Shown here: one piece after another, positions 45,602-54,452 of the stretch
How positions within the stretch are numbered: position 1 is the first letter of the stretch
Layout: the number at the start of each line of letters is the position of its first letter
Assembly (NCBI GenBank): GCA_050954545.1
Contig: JBPBQB010000288.1
Location: 1,291 to 65,290, forward strand
Direction of reading: 5' to 3'
Source: Janthinobacterium lividum
GTDB taxonomy: Bacteria; Armatimonadota; Armatimonadia; Armatimonadales; Capsulimonadaceae
Length of the DNA stretch: 64,000 nucleotides
Notes under the pieces: model-generated
The model's database searches: none
Seen by the model: the letters and a program-made list of their open reading frames with translations, nothing else
Told to the model about the DNA's origin: nothing
Translations under genes and position numbers: made by a program

Positions 45602-46345
45602 ATGACTTATTGTTTAGGCGTTATGACCAAAGAGGGCCTGGTCATGATGTCCGACTCTCGCACGAATTCCGGCTATGATCAGGTCAATGTCTGCCGCAAG
45701 ATGTATACGTTTGTCCTGCCCGGTGAGCGCGTTTTCATTCTGCTTGCCAGCGGCAGCCTGTCCCTGACTCAGAGCATTATCACCCTGCTGGGACGAGACT
45801 TCGACCGGGGCGTCGGGCTGGCGTCTGCTCCCTCGCTTTATGATGCTGCGCGAGTAGTTGGGGAACAGGTTCGTCAGGTCTCCGACCTCGACCGGGCAGC
45901 TTTGGAGCGTGACGAATACCGCTTCAATGTCCACTTTATACTCGGTGGTCAGATCAAAGACCAGCCGCATGACCTTTATTTAGTGTATCCGCAGGGTAAC
46001 CCCCTCCGGGCGACCGAAGACTCTCCGTTTTTGCAGATCGGCGAGCATAAATATGGTCGTCCTATCCTAGTGCGAGGGATCAGATACAACGAAACTCCGC
46101 TGGAAGAAGCGGCCAAGTATTCGCTGATCTCTATGGATTCGACCATGCGCTCCAATGTCACGGTCGGCCCGCCCATTGATCTTGCGATCTACGGTAAAGA
46201 CGAGTTAGAGCTGCATCGCCGCCGCCGGATGACTGCCACCGACCCGGACCTGCGCGAAATTCATACCCTCTGGGAACAGGCACTGCGCCGGGGCGTTTCT
46301 GAGCTTCCCGAGATCGATTTTGAGACATTCGGACAGAAAATATGA
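45602..46345 (+). CDS. proteasome-type (Ntn) peptidase, Anbu/COG3484-like
   Basis: MTYCLGVMTKEGLVMMSDSRTN: Thr immediately after Met, with conserved Asp and Lys (CRKMYTF) spacing like proteasome beta subunits. Confidence 0.65.
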   Translation: MTYCLGVMTKEGLVMMSDSRTNSGYDQVNVCRKMYTFVLPGERVFILLASGSLSLTQSIITLLGRDFDRGVGLASAPSLYDAARVVGEQVRQVSDLDRAALERDEYRFNVHFILGGQIKDQPHDLYLVYPQGNPLRATEDSPFLQIGEHKYGRPILVRGIRYNETPLEEAAKYSLISMDSTMRSNVTVGPPIDLAIYGKDELELHRRRRMTATDPDLREIHTLWEQALRRGVSELPEIDFETFGQKI

Positions 46346-46815
46346 ACCTTTATTTGAAAGCTACCGCCATCGGTGTCGTTGCAGGCATGAGGAGTATGTC
46401 GGCGCCGGCCTTCACATCTGACTATTTCGTGCGTCAGCCGTCGCTATTTCTGGACGCATCGCCGTTGAAGTGGATCGGCCTGCCTTTGACCGCAAAGATT
46501 CTGAAGGTGATGGCACTCGGCGAACTCGTAGGCGATAAGCTGCCGAATACTCCTAACCGTACTGCCCCGCTGCCGCTGGTCGGCCGGGCCGTCACGGGTG
46601 GCCTGTGCGGCGCGGCTGTGTTTCGGGCTGAGGGTGAAAAGTCTGAGCTCGGGGCACTTGTCGGAGCAGTCTCTGCCGTGGCGTCGACTTTTCTGTTCTT
46701 TCAGCTTCGTCACAACCTTGGCAAGAGTGGTAAGATCCCTGATTACGTGACTGCAGCAGCCGAAGACGCGCTCGTACTGGGGATCGGACGAAGCGTGTTT
46801 CCCAAAACCGCGTAA
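46342..46815 (+). CDS. DUF4126-like membrane protein
   Basis: 4-nt ATGA overlap with the upstream gene. AIGVVAGMRSMSAPAF and Gly-rich hydrophobic helices. Confidence 0.5.
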   Translation: MNLYLKATAIGVVAGMRSMSAPAFTSDYFVRQPSLFLDASPLKWIGLPLTAKILKVMALGELVGDKLPNTPNRTAPLPLVGRAVTGGLCGAAVFRAEGEKSELGALVGAVSAVASTFLFFQLRHNLGKSGKIPDYVTAAAEDALVLGIGRSVFPKTA

Positions 46816-46929
46816 AATTACCAAAAATAGTTTTTGGTTTGGGCGAAATCGCCCTAAAGAAATCGTTCACTTTGACCTATAATAGTTTTGTTACCGGCCA
46901 GAGTGGCGCGGGACAAATAAATGACGACG

Positions 46930-47060
46930 ACACTAAAGGCAAACCCGCCGGCATTGCCGGGTGATCGAAAGACGGGGACGCAAAGCTAAAGGGTCTAAGG
47001 CCGCTCACGCTGCTATGATCGCCAAGCCGCCGCACCGCCTGCGTAAACGGGTGAAGACCC
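46930..47060 (+). promoter_or_regulatory. c-di-GMP-I (GEMM-I) riboswitch candidate upstream of flgM
   Basis: AAAGGCAAACCC 46935-46946, GAAA tetraloop 46967-46970, GGGGACGCAAAGC 46974-46986. Tetraloop-receptor-like CTAAGG ... TATG at 46995-47016. Confidence 0.6.
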
Positions 47061-47122
47061 GCATCGAGCTTCTCTTTGAGGGAACAACTCAACACTAAGG
47101 CATTTTAGGGGGCAAAAGACTC

Positions 47123-47464
47123 ATGAAAATTTCTAATGACGAAGCCGTTCGTGCCAGCAGCAGTATCGATCCTGTTGCCGCAGCAAAATTGGGATCCCAA
47201 ACACCGGCGTCGACAATCGCCAAATCCACCGCGCCGGGAACCGGACCAGCCGCTCAAATCGAGCTGTCAGCACAAGCAAAGGCTTTGACAGCCGCAAAAA
47301 CCGAGGCCGCGAGCTACGTCTCGGCAGTCAATGCCGCGCCGGATACTCGTGATACCCTTGTCAGCAAGCTTAAAGCGCAGGTTGACAACGGCACCTACCA
47401 TGTCAGCAGCGCGGACATCGCCGATCAGATCGTGCGCCGGGCACAGGCAGACAGAATTCAGTAA
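47123..47464 (+). CDS. flgM: anti-sigma-28 factor FlgM
   Basis: C-terminus RDTLVSKLKAQVDNGTYHVSSADIADQIV fits the FlgM sigma-28-binding region. Disordered Ala/Ser/Pro-rich N-half. Confidence 0.75.
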   Translation: MKISNDEAVRASSSIDPVAAAKLGSQTPASTIAKSTAPGTGPAAQIELSAQAKALTAAKTEAASYVSAVNAAPDTRDTLVSKLKAQVDNGTYHVSSADIADQIVRRAQADRIQ

Positions 47465-47502
47465 AATCGTACATAGGTTCGATTTATCTAGAGAAAATAC
47501 AG

Positions 47503-47536
47503 AAGACGCAGAGGCAATTGCCTCTGCGTCTTTTTG
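47503..47536 (+). terminator. rho-independent terminator after flgM
   Basis: GACGCAGAGGC-AATT-GCCTCTGCGTC followed by TTTTT. Confidence 0.85.
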
Positions 47537-47636
47537 TGTCTGGCTTGACTCTGACGCAGGATTCTCGCCACAGATGTGGAACTTGGTAGACAGAAACAAG
47601 AGCTAGTATAAAGGCTACACAAAGGAAAAATCACGC

Positions 47637-48404
47637 ATGGCTTGGACATTGGCAGTCGTCAACCAGAAAGGCGGCGTCGGCAAGACTACCACGGCAGTCA
47701 ACCTAGCGACCAGTTTGGCGCAGGCAGGCAAACGGGTGCTGCTGATCGACTGCGACCCGCAGGGCAACGCGACCAGCGGCCTCGGTCAGAAAGAAGTAGT
47801 CGAGCACAGCATCTATGATGCCCTAACCGGCGGTGCTTCACTCGCGGACGTTATTTTGAGAGACATCACGGTGCCTGGGCTGGACCTGGCACCCGCGACA
47901 TTAGATTTGGCCGGAGCAGAGATGGAGATGTTTCAGGAGCTGTCCCGCGAGACGATCCTGAAAAAGATCATCAAGCCCATCGAAAAAAACTACCAGTATA
48001 TCTTCATCGACGGCCCCCCGTCTCTGGGCCTGCTTACCCTAAATATCCTAACAGCAGCGGATGCCGTACTTATCCCTATCCAGTGTGAGTACTATGCTCT
48101 GGAAGGCATCTCCCAGCTCATGAACATCGTTGAGCGTGTCCAGCATCATCTTAATCCGAAGCTTGCTATCGGGTTGGTCGTGCTGACCATGCACGATGAG
48201 CGGATCAATTTATCGCGTCAGGTGGTTGCCGAAGTGCGGGAGTTCTTCGGGGACTCAGTTGCAAACACTATTGTCCCGCGTAACGTCCGTCTTAGTGAAG
48301 CGCCGTCCTTCGGTCAGCCAATCGCGCTTTACGACCCCAAATCAAAAGGAGCAGTCGCTTATGCGGATCTGGCTCAGGAGATAATCGCACTTGGAAAAGA
48401 ATAA
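47637..48404 (+). CDS. parA: chromosome partitioning ATPase ParA/Soj
   Basis: Deviant Walker A NQKGGVGKTTTAVNLA. Confidence 0.9.
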   Translation: MAWTLAVVNQKGGVGKTTTAVNLATSLAQAGKRVLLIDCDPQGNATSGLGQKEVVEHSIYDALTGGASLADVILRDITVPGLDLAPATLDLAGAEMEMFQELSRETILKKIIKPIEKNYQYIFIDGPPSLGLLTLNILTAADAVLIPIQCEYYALEGISQLMNIVERVQHHLNPKLAIGLVVLTMHDERINLSRQVVAEVREFFGDSVANTIVPRNVRLSEAPSFGQPIALYDPKSKGAVAYADLAQEIIALGKE

Positions 48405-49371
48405 GACTTTAGAAAAGAGCCGTCTTGGCCGAGGTTTATCATCGCTGATCCCTCCAAGCGCTAAAGTGGCCGTTGCTGCAAGCTCTTCTCGTGTTGAGAC
48501 CCTTCCTTCAGTTGCAGAAACCTCGGTTGAAGCCCCGCAGCCCCAGCCGGAACCTTCTGCCCCTGATCTCAGCGAAGGCGTTCAGCAGATCGCCATAGAC
48601 AAGATCATTGCGAATACTTACCAGCCGCGCTCTGAGTTTGACCAAGCTGCTCTCGAAGAGCTGACAGCGTCTATCCAAGTACATGGCGTGCTGCAGCCGG
48701 TCATGGTTCGCCCGCGCGGCGGTGGTCGGTACGAGTTGATTGCCGGGGAGCGCCGCTTCCGTGCCGCGCGTCAGGCGGGATTAACTCAGATCCCGGTCGT
48801 CATCCGTCATATGACGGATGAAGAGTCGCTGACAGTCGCACTGATCGAAAACATTCAGCGTGAAGACTTGAATGCGATGGAAGCGGCACGCGGCTACAAG
48901 CAGCTCTTAGACCAGTTTGGACTTACGCAGACAGAACTAGCCCGTCAAATCGGTAAGTCTCAGTCAACGATTGCCTATGCACTCAGCCTGCTGCGTCTTT
49001 CGCCTGAGATGCAGGATAGTATTTCCATCGGACAGATCACTATGGAGCACGGAAAAGTGCTTCTGTCGATTGCATCTTCAGAAAGCCGTGGCGAACTCTG
49101 GTCGTCAATGGTCACACAAGGGCTGAGTGTCGCGGAATCACGCAAACGTGCTTCACAAGAGACGTCATCACCCACACGCACCGTCCGCGCAGTGGCGGAA
49201 GATACAGAACCAGATGACGATATACACTTGAAAGCCATTGAAGACCGGTTACGGAGCGCTCTAGGCCTGAAAGTAAGCATACGCAATGGCCGAACCGGGC
49301 GCGGTGTCGTTACTGTAGATTTCTCAAACATGGACGAACTAGAAACAATTATTGATAGAATCGTGGGATAA
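48391..49371 (+). CDS. parB: chromosome partitioning protein ParB/Spo0J
   Basis: RLGRGLSSLIP, GERRFRAA box, HTH QTELARQIGKSQSTIAYAL. Confidence 0.9.
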   Translation: MEKNKTLEKSRLGRGLSSLIPPSAKVAVAASSSRVETLPSVAETSVEAPQPQPEPSAPDLSEGVQQIAIDKIIANTYQPRSEFDQAALEELTASIQVHGVLQPVMVRPRGGGRYELIAGERRFRAARQAGLTQIPVVIRHMTDEESLTVALIENIQREDLNAMEAARGYKQLLDQFGLTQTELARQIGKSQSTIAYALSLLRLSPEMQDSISIGQITMEHGKVLLSIASSESRGELWSSMVTQGLSVAESRKRASQETSSPTRTVRAVAEDTEPDDDIHLKAIEDRLRSALGLKVSIRNGRTGRGVVTVDFSNMDELETIIDRIVG

Positions 49372-49377
49372 AGAAAC

Positions 49378-49997
49378 ACGACTCAAGAGTCGTATTATGC
49401 GCCGGCGCAACTTCCGACTCTTGAGTCGTGTATTTATTATCTAAATGGGGCAAATCATGGATGAAATTGATAGAGAACGATTTTCTTTAAGCTATGTGTT
49501 TATAGATGACTGCTGGATCTGGTTTCGCAGCCTTGTCAAAGATGGCTACGGATCAATTCGTATTGCGGGCAGAACACGTCGCGCTCATCGGGTGTCTTAC
49601 GAACTTGCTTATGGTGTAGTATTGTCTCCTGACCAATTCTTACATCATATATGTAAGAATAAGGCTTGTGTGAATCCACTGCATCTTGAAATTACCACCC
49701 AAGCGCCCTATGTCGACAGTGCAATTTACGGCAACAAAGAAAAGACGCATTGTCCTTACGGGCATGAATACACAGAAGCGAATACCTGCTGGCGTAAAAA
49801 CAAGAAGCAAAGAGAATGTATGACATGCAAATTGGCTAGAATGAAACGGCGTCAGGTACGTATACAGCAGGCGGCGGCAGAAAAGCTGGAAGCATTAGCA
49901 CTGAAATGTCGCCTGACGACACCTCAATAAACATATACACAGTATACGATTCAAGAGTCAGAAGTTGCGCCGGCGCATAATACGACTCTTGAGTCGT
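49378..49997. mobile_element. HNH nuclease gene flanked by inverted copies of a 52-bp hairpin
   Basis: 49378-49429 and 49946-49997 are reverse complements (2 mismatches). Each is itself a 15-bp-stem hairpin. Interior AT-rich. Confidence 0.6.
49445..49930 (+). CDS. HNH endonuclease
   Basis: CWIW...DGYGSIRIAGRTRRAHRVSYEL...HHICKNKACVNPLHLE plus C-terminal Cys/His cluster THCPYGHEY...CMTC. Confidence 0.8.
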   Translation: MGQIMDEIDRERFSLSYVFIDDCWIWFRSLVKDGYGSIRIAGRTRRAHRVSYELAYGVVLSPDQFLHHICKNKACVNPLHLEITTQAPYVDSAIYGNKEKTHCPYGHEYTEANTCWRKNKKQRECMTCKLARMKRRQVRIQQAAAEKLEALALKCRLTTPQ

Positions 49998-50019
49998 ATA
50001 TGAAACGAGTGGGATTGTT

Positions 50020-51297
50020 ATGAACGCAGAAATTGTCTCTGTTGGAACGGAACTGCTTTTAGGGCAGATTATCGATACGGATGCTGTCTTTCTTGCGAAG
50101 ATGCTTTCCGGGCTAGGCATCAGCATTTATCACCGAACCACCGTCGGGGATAACCCGGAACGGATCAAAGAAACGCTGCGACTGGCGTTCTCGCGGGCTG
50201 ATTTAGTCATTACCATCGGAGGACTAGGCCCCACGCAAGACGATTTGACCAAAGAGATGGTCGCCGAAGTACTCGGTGATACGTTTATCGAAGACGCAGC
50301 TCACTCACAGTGGCTGCGCGACCGAGTCTCGGTGCGAGGCTGGCAGGACTTACCGCCGAGCTTCTGGAAACAGGCACTCGTGCCTCTGCACGGTCGGGGT
50401 ATCCCCAATCCACAAGGTACGGCGCTTGGCGCACTCTTTGAGATCGGCGGCAAGATCGCAATCTGTCTGCCTGGTCCACCGAATGAACTGATCCCGATGA
50501 CCCAGCAGTCAGTCGAGCCCTATTTAAGCGAAAAGACTAGCGGCAGCCGGACCGTGATCCAGTCCCGGACACTGCGGATCGTCGGCATTGGCGAGTCCCT
50601 GGTCGAAGAAAAAGCACAGGACTTGATGCAGTCCAGCAATCCGACCGTCGCGCCCTACGCGAAGACTGGGGAAGTCCATCTGCGAATCACAGCGAGGGCG
50701 GCATCGTCCGAAGAAGCGCACGCTCTGATCGCGCCGCGCGAAGCCGCAATCCGGGAACGTTTAGGCGACGTTGTCTACGGGATTGATAATGAGAGCTTAG
50801 AAGGTGCTGTCGTTGGTCTCCTGAAACTGATGGGCCAAAGCATTGCACTCGCCGAGTCCTGCACGGGAGGGTTAATTGCCAAACGCGTTACGGATGTTCC
50901 GGACGCGTCCCAGATCTTCGGGCTGGGCTTGGTCACGTATTCCAATGAAGCGAAGATTGAGTTTCTGGGCGTTCCTCAAGGAACGATTGCTCGAACAGGG
51001 GCTGTCAGTCCCGAAACTGCCAAAGCAATGGCTGTTGGGGCTCGAAAAGTGGGTAATGCCGATCTCGGTGTCAGCGTTACCGGCATCGCGGGACCGGGTG
51101 GTGGATCGGACGCAAAACCTGTCGGCACAGTGCATATCGGCCTGGCCTGGAATGGGGGAGTTATCTCGGAGCATCACCACATTCTCGGCAGCCGTGCGGA
51201 TATTTCCTACCGGGCTTCGCAGATTGCGCTGGCTCTGGTTCGGCGGTTCCTAATGAACTCGGACGATCCGCAGTTCCAGGAAGCAGAGCAGGTATGA
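50020..51297 (+). CDS. cinA: competence/damage-inducible protein CinA (MoCF-binding + PncC-like deamidase domains)
   Basis: MNAEIVSVGTELLLGQIIDTD N-terminus. C-terminal AESCTGGL motif. Confidence 0.9.
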   Translation: MNAEIVSVGTELLLGQIIDTDAVFLAKMLSGLGISIYHRTTVGDNPERIKETLRLAFSRADLVITIGGLGPTQDDLTKEMVAEVLGDTFIEDAAHSQWLRDRVSVRGWQDLPPSFWKQALVPLHGRGIPNPQGTALGALFEIGGKIAICLPGPPNELIPMTQQSVEPYLSEKTSGSRTVIQSRTLRIVGIGESLVEEKAQDLMQSSNPTVAPYAKTGEVHLRITARAASSEEAHALIAPREAAIRERLGDVVYGIDNESLEGAVVGLLKLMGQSIALAESCTGGLIAKRVTDVPDASQIFGLGLVTYSNEAKIEFLGVPQGTIARTGAVSPETAKAMAVGARKVGNADLGVSVTGIAGPGGGSDAKPVGTVHIGLAWNGGVISEHHHILGSRADISYRASQIALALVRRFLMNSDDPQFQEAEQV

Positions 51298-51878
51298 ACC
51301 ATTTCTTTGCCCTCAAGCTCTCCAAAGAAGCAGAACAAACGGTTTGCCAGAGCGCTGAGGAATGGCATGGCCTTGTGACAGAAGCAAAGTGGTATGAACC
51401 CGAAGACTATCACATCACCCTCAAATTTCTGGGAAACATTGATGGAGCGAAACAACCAGGATTAATCGAAGCCGCCAATCAAGTCGCAGCGGAGACCCTG
51501 CCTGTGACTATCAGCGCAGCGTCCTACGGTGGGTTCCCCGATATGCGGGCACCAAGTGTCTTGTGGGCAGGTATTCTCATCAGCCCTGAACTCGACAGGC
51601 TGGCCTCGCATCTAGATCAAGCAATGGCTGGTCTCGGATTTCGTGCAGATCATAGAAAATATCAGCCTCATATTACGGTTGCACGATGTCGGCTGGGAAA
51701 CAAGGCATCACAGAAGCGGCCGCTTCCCAGCGAACGCTTGTTTGCGCCGTTCATTGTCGATCAGTTTGTACTCATGCAAACATCGCTGACTGGCGAACGT
51801 GCAAACGGGCCAAAAGCAAGGTACAATATCGTACACACGTTCCCTTTTGGGAACGCGCACTCATCAGACGTATCATAA
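51294..51878 (+). CDS. thpR: RNA 2',3'-cyclic phosphodiesterase (2H family, ThpR/LigT)
   Basis: Two H-x-T-x motifs: HITLKFLG and HITVARC. Confidence 0.85.
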   Translation: MNHFFALKLSKEAEQTVCQSAEEWHGLVTEAKWYEPEDYHITLKFLGNIDGAKQPGLIEAANQVAAETLPVTISAASYGGFPDMRAPSVLWAGILISPELDRLASHLDQAMAGLGFRADHRKYQPHITVARCRLGNKASQKRPLPSERLFAPFIVDQFVLMQTSLTGERANGPKARYNIVHTFPFGNAHSSDVS

Positions 51879-51915
51879 GACGGAATAATTCGCCCCTGGC
51901 GACAAGGAGACAGCA

Positions 51916-52929
51916 TTGGATAAAGACAAAGCATTGGAAATGGCGCTGGCGCAGCTTGAAAAGCAATTCGGCAAAGGCAGTGTCATGCGCCTCGGCGAAT
52001 CCCCGCGTATGACCGTCGATACGATCTCCACCGGCTCACTCGCCCTAGACATCGCGCTCGGGGTGGGGGGCGTCCCGCGAGGCCGAATCACGGAGATTCA
52101 TGGCGCGGAGTCATCGGGTAAGACAACCCTTGCCTACCATATTGTCGCCGAAGCGCAGAAAGCCGGCGGAGTCGCGGCCTTTGTCGATGCCGAGCACTCG
52201 GTAGACCCCGAGTATGCCCGGAACTTGGGTGTCGACATTAATAAGCTCTTGATCTCCCAGCCGTCCACCGGCGAAGAAGCGCTGGAAATCATGGACGCCT
52301 TAGTGCGCTCCGGGGCAGTCGACGTTGTCGTGCTGGACTCCGTCGCCGCGCTTGTTCCGAAAGCCGAGATCGAAGGCGAGATGGGCGACAGCCATATGGG
52401 CCTCCAGGCCCGTCTGATGTCCCAGGCCATGCGAAAACTGAACGGCTCTATTTCCAAGACCAACACGGCAGCCATCTTTATCAACCAGATCCGCGAAAAG
52501 ATCGGCGTCATGTTCGGCAACCCCGAAACGACTCCCGGCGGTCGTGCCCTCAAGTTCTACGCTAGCATCATGCTCGATGTCCGGCGCATCGAGACCTTGA
52601 AACAGGGCACGGACATGGTCGGCAACCGGGTCAAAGTCAAAGTGGTCAAGAACAAAGTCGCCCCGCCCTTCCGTCAGGCCGAGTTCGATATCATGTTCGG
52701 CAAAGGGATCTCCCGCTCCGGCTCGATCATCGACATCGGTGTCGAGATGGAGCTGATTGCCAAGCGCGGCGCGTTCTTCTCCTACGGCGAGACCCGTATC
52801 GGTCAGGGCCGCGAGAATGCCAAGACATTCCTGGAAGACCACATCGAAATGATGGACGAGATCGAGAAGATCATCCGAGGCAACGACAAAGCCTCCGCAA
52901 TCCTGACCGTCGGCGCTGCCGAAGAATAA
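51916..52929 (+). CDS. recA: recombinase RecA
   Basis: [22 protein letters not shown], Walker [13 protein letters not shown] start after AAGGAG. Confidence 0.95.
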   Translation: MDKDKALEMALAQLEKQFGKGSVMRLGESPRMTVDTISTGSLALDIALGVGGVPRGRITEIHGAESSGKTTLAYHIVAEAQKAGGVAAFVDAEHSVDPEYARNLGVDINKLLISQPSTGEEALEIMDALVRSGAVDVVVLDSVAALVPKAEIEGEMGDSHMGLQARLMSQAMRKLNGSISKTNTAAIFINQIREKIGVMFGNPETTPGGRALKFYASIMLDVRRIETLKQGTDMVGNRVKVKVVKNKVAPPFRQAEFDIMFGKGISRSGSIIDIGVEMELIAKRGAFFSYGETRIGQGRENAKTFLEDHIEMMDEIEKIIRGNDKASAILTVGAAEE

Positions 52930-52999
52930 AATCAACCCAGCAGCCTATTGAAGCAGGCAGGAGCTTGTTTCAATGGGCTGCGGCAGTCACGGAGGACTT

Positions 53000-53308
53000 A
53001 TGCGAATTGATGAATTTCTGTGGAACTGGGATGTCGTAGACAAACTTGCTTTCAAACATGGCATTGAGACATGGGAAGTCGAAGAAGTATTAGATAGCGA
53101 TCCGTTTATTCGGTTTCGAGAAAAAGGACGTCGTGACGGCGAACATTTATATTCCGCGCTTGGGCAGACTGGTGCTGGACGATACCTGATCGTCTTCTTT
53201 ATTTACAAGCCTCCAAGTACAGAGTATCCGTTCAGTGAAGCATTTATCGTCAGCGCCCGCGATATGGAGAGGAAGGAGCGAAAAGAATATGAGCGACACC
53301 AAAACTGA
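53000..53308 (+). CDS. BrnT-like ribonuclease toxin (DUF497)
   Basis: FLWNWDVVDKLAFKHGIETWEVEEVL ... GRYLIVFF ... IVSARDMERKERKEY follows the BrnT pattern. Confidence 0.6.
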   Translation: MRIDEFLWNWDVVDKLAFKHGIETWEVEEVLDSDPFIRFREKGRRDGEHLYSALGQTGAGRYLIVFFIYKPPSTEYPFSEAFIVSARDMERKERKEYERHQN

Positions 53309-53579
53309 TCTTAAAGAACAGTCTGCTGATCTTGAATATTTTGCAGAAGCGATTCAGTATTTCGAAACACATGACATCGGGGATGAACTAGCCGCCTCGC
53401 CACTTGTGCATTTTGAGATTAGTCCGCAGGCACGCCGCAAAAGATACCCGTTAGACACTGAACTTGCCTCTAAGCTGGATGGTATTGCAAGTCAGCGCGG
53501 CATCTCCGCAGAGACTCTGCTGAATGAATGGGTACGGGAAAAAGCCGAAGAAAGCGATGCTGTCGGCGCGGCGAAGTAA
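53289..53579 (+). CDS. BrnA/CopG-like antitoxin
   Basis: Overlaps the toxin 3' end by 20 nt. C-terminus LDGIASQRGISAETLLNEWVREK is RHH/BrnA-like. Confidence 0.55.
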   Translation: MSDTKTDLKEQSADLEYFAEAIQYFETHDIGDELAASPLVHFEISPQARRKRYPLDTELASKLDGIASQRGISAETLLNEWVREKAEESDAVGAAK

Positions 53580-53880
53580 AGGGGAAAATGCCTCAGCACA
53601 AGGACCGGAGTGAATGGCTTTTTGCAGGTGCTGGTTTATGTGTTGTCGTGGCCTCTTGCCTGATTGCTTCTTTATATCATTTCGCGGCGGGACATTATCA
53701 AATCGCATTGCTTTATGCCATACCTGCGGCCTAGTGTATTCAGGCCTTCTCAAGATATTCGGTTTAAGCCATGCGCTTGAAGTAGGTCTGTTTGCGTTCT
53801 TGATCTCTATTATTTGCTTGATTTTGATGCCTCTTGGAAGCAATTTGTATGAGAAAGCATCATTTTAGGAGAACACATTC

Positions 53881-54411
53881 ATGCTGCAAGGTCTTCGATC
53901 ACAGATTTATCAAGTCGCTGATTTAGCGGCGGCAAAAGCTTGGTACACCAAGCTTCTTGGCAAGCCACCCTATTTCGACGAGCCGTTTTATGTCGGTTTC
54001 GATGTCGGCGGTTTTGAGTTAGGCTTGCAGCCAAGTGACAACCCCGACGAGGCGCAGGCGAAAGATGCTGCAACTTACTGGGGTGTTTCTGATGCGGAAG
54101 CCGCCTACGCACAGCTTTTGGCGCTTGGGGCAAAAGACTACCAGCCCGTTCAGGATGTCGGCGGTGGTATCAAGTTAGGGGCCGTCATCGACCCGCAAGG
54201 CAGCATTCTCGGCGTCATTGAGAACCCGCATTTCATCATGGCTCAGTCTCAAAGTGATGCTGACGAGACCGGTCCAGGCCTGACATTTTCGATGCACATC
54301 AATCAGGGCTTGCTGGAACAGGTAACGGCGGGGGCCAGCTCAGCCAGCGTCAGCGTATCCGAGTACATCGGGGAATGCATTGTAGACGGTCTATGCCGGG
54401 GCTATCGGTAA
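53881..54411 (+). CDS. VOC (glyoxalase/bleomycin-resistance) family protein with ~55-aa C-terminal tail
   Basis: IYQVADLAAAKAWYTKLLG ... GGIKLGAVIDPQGSILGVIE beta-alpha-beta-beta-beta pattern. Confidence 0.65.
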   Translation: MLQGLRSQIYQVADLAAAKAWYTKLLGKPPYFDEPFYVGFDVGGFELGLQPSDNPDEAQAKDAATYWGVSDAEAAYAQLLALGAKDYQPVQDVGGGIKLGAVIDPQGSILGVIENPHFIMAQSQSDADETGPGLTFSMHINQGLLEQVTAGASSASVSVSEYIGECIVDGLCRGYR

Positions 54412-54452
54412 CTTCAAGGCGGCGTTTCAATCTCCAGGGAAGAGCAACTCAC

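Noticed and set aside
46872-46883. TTGACC immediately followed by TATAAT as the promoter for the riboswitch/flgM transcript
   Set aside because: The two hexamers are adjacent, not 17 nt apart, so they cannot be a -35/-10 pair. TATAAT may still be a -10 with a weak -35, but this is unsupported.
46877-47095. 72-aa minus-strand ORF, and the alternative ideas of a 6S RNA or tmRNA in this gap
   Set aside because: The ORF has no SD and overlaps the strings that match the c-di-GMP-I riboswitch on the plus strand. There is no tmRNA tag-like reading frame and no 6S-like extended helix.
47465-49445. parS site (TGTTTCACGTGAAACA-like) near parAB
   Set aside because: No 16-mer resembling the consensus was found by eye in or around parA/parB. 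A pattern search allowing mismatches should be run.
49998-51916. LexA/SOS box or Deinococcus RDRM motif upstream of cinA or recA
   Set aside because: No CTGT-N8-ACAG, GAAC-N4-GTTC or RDRM-like palindrome is seen in the short upstream regions. Absence by eye is not proof.
53588-53868. Two overlapping frames (53588-53734 and 53614-53868), each encoding TM-like segments; possible frameshifted small membrane protein gene
   Set aside because: From sequence alone I cannot distinguish one frameshifted pseudogene, two tiny genes, or non-coding DNA. This needs homologues or read-level verification.
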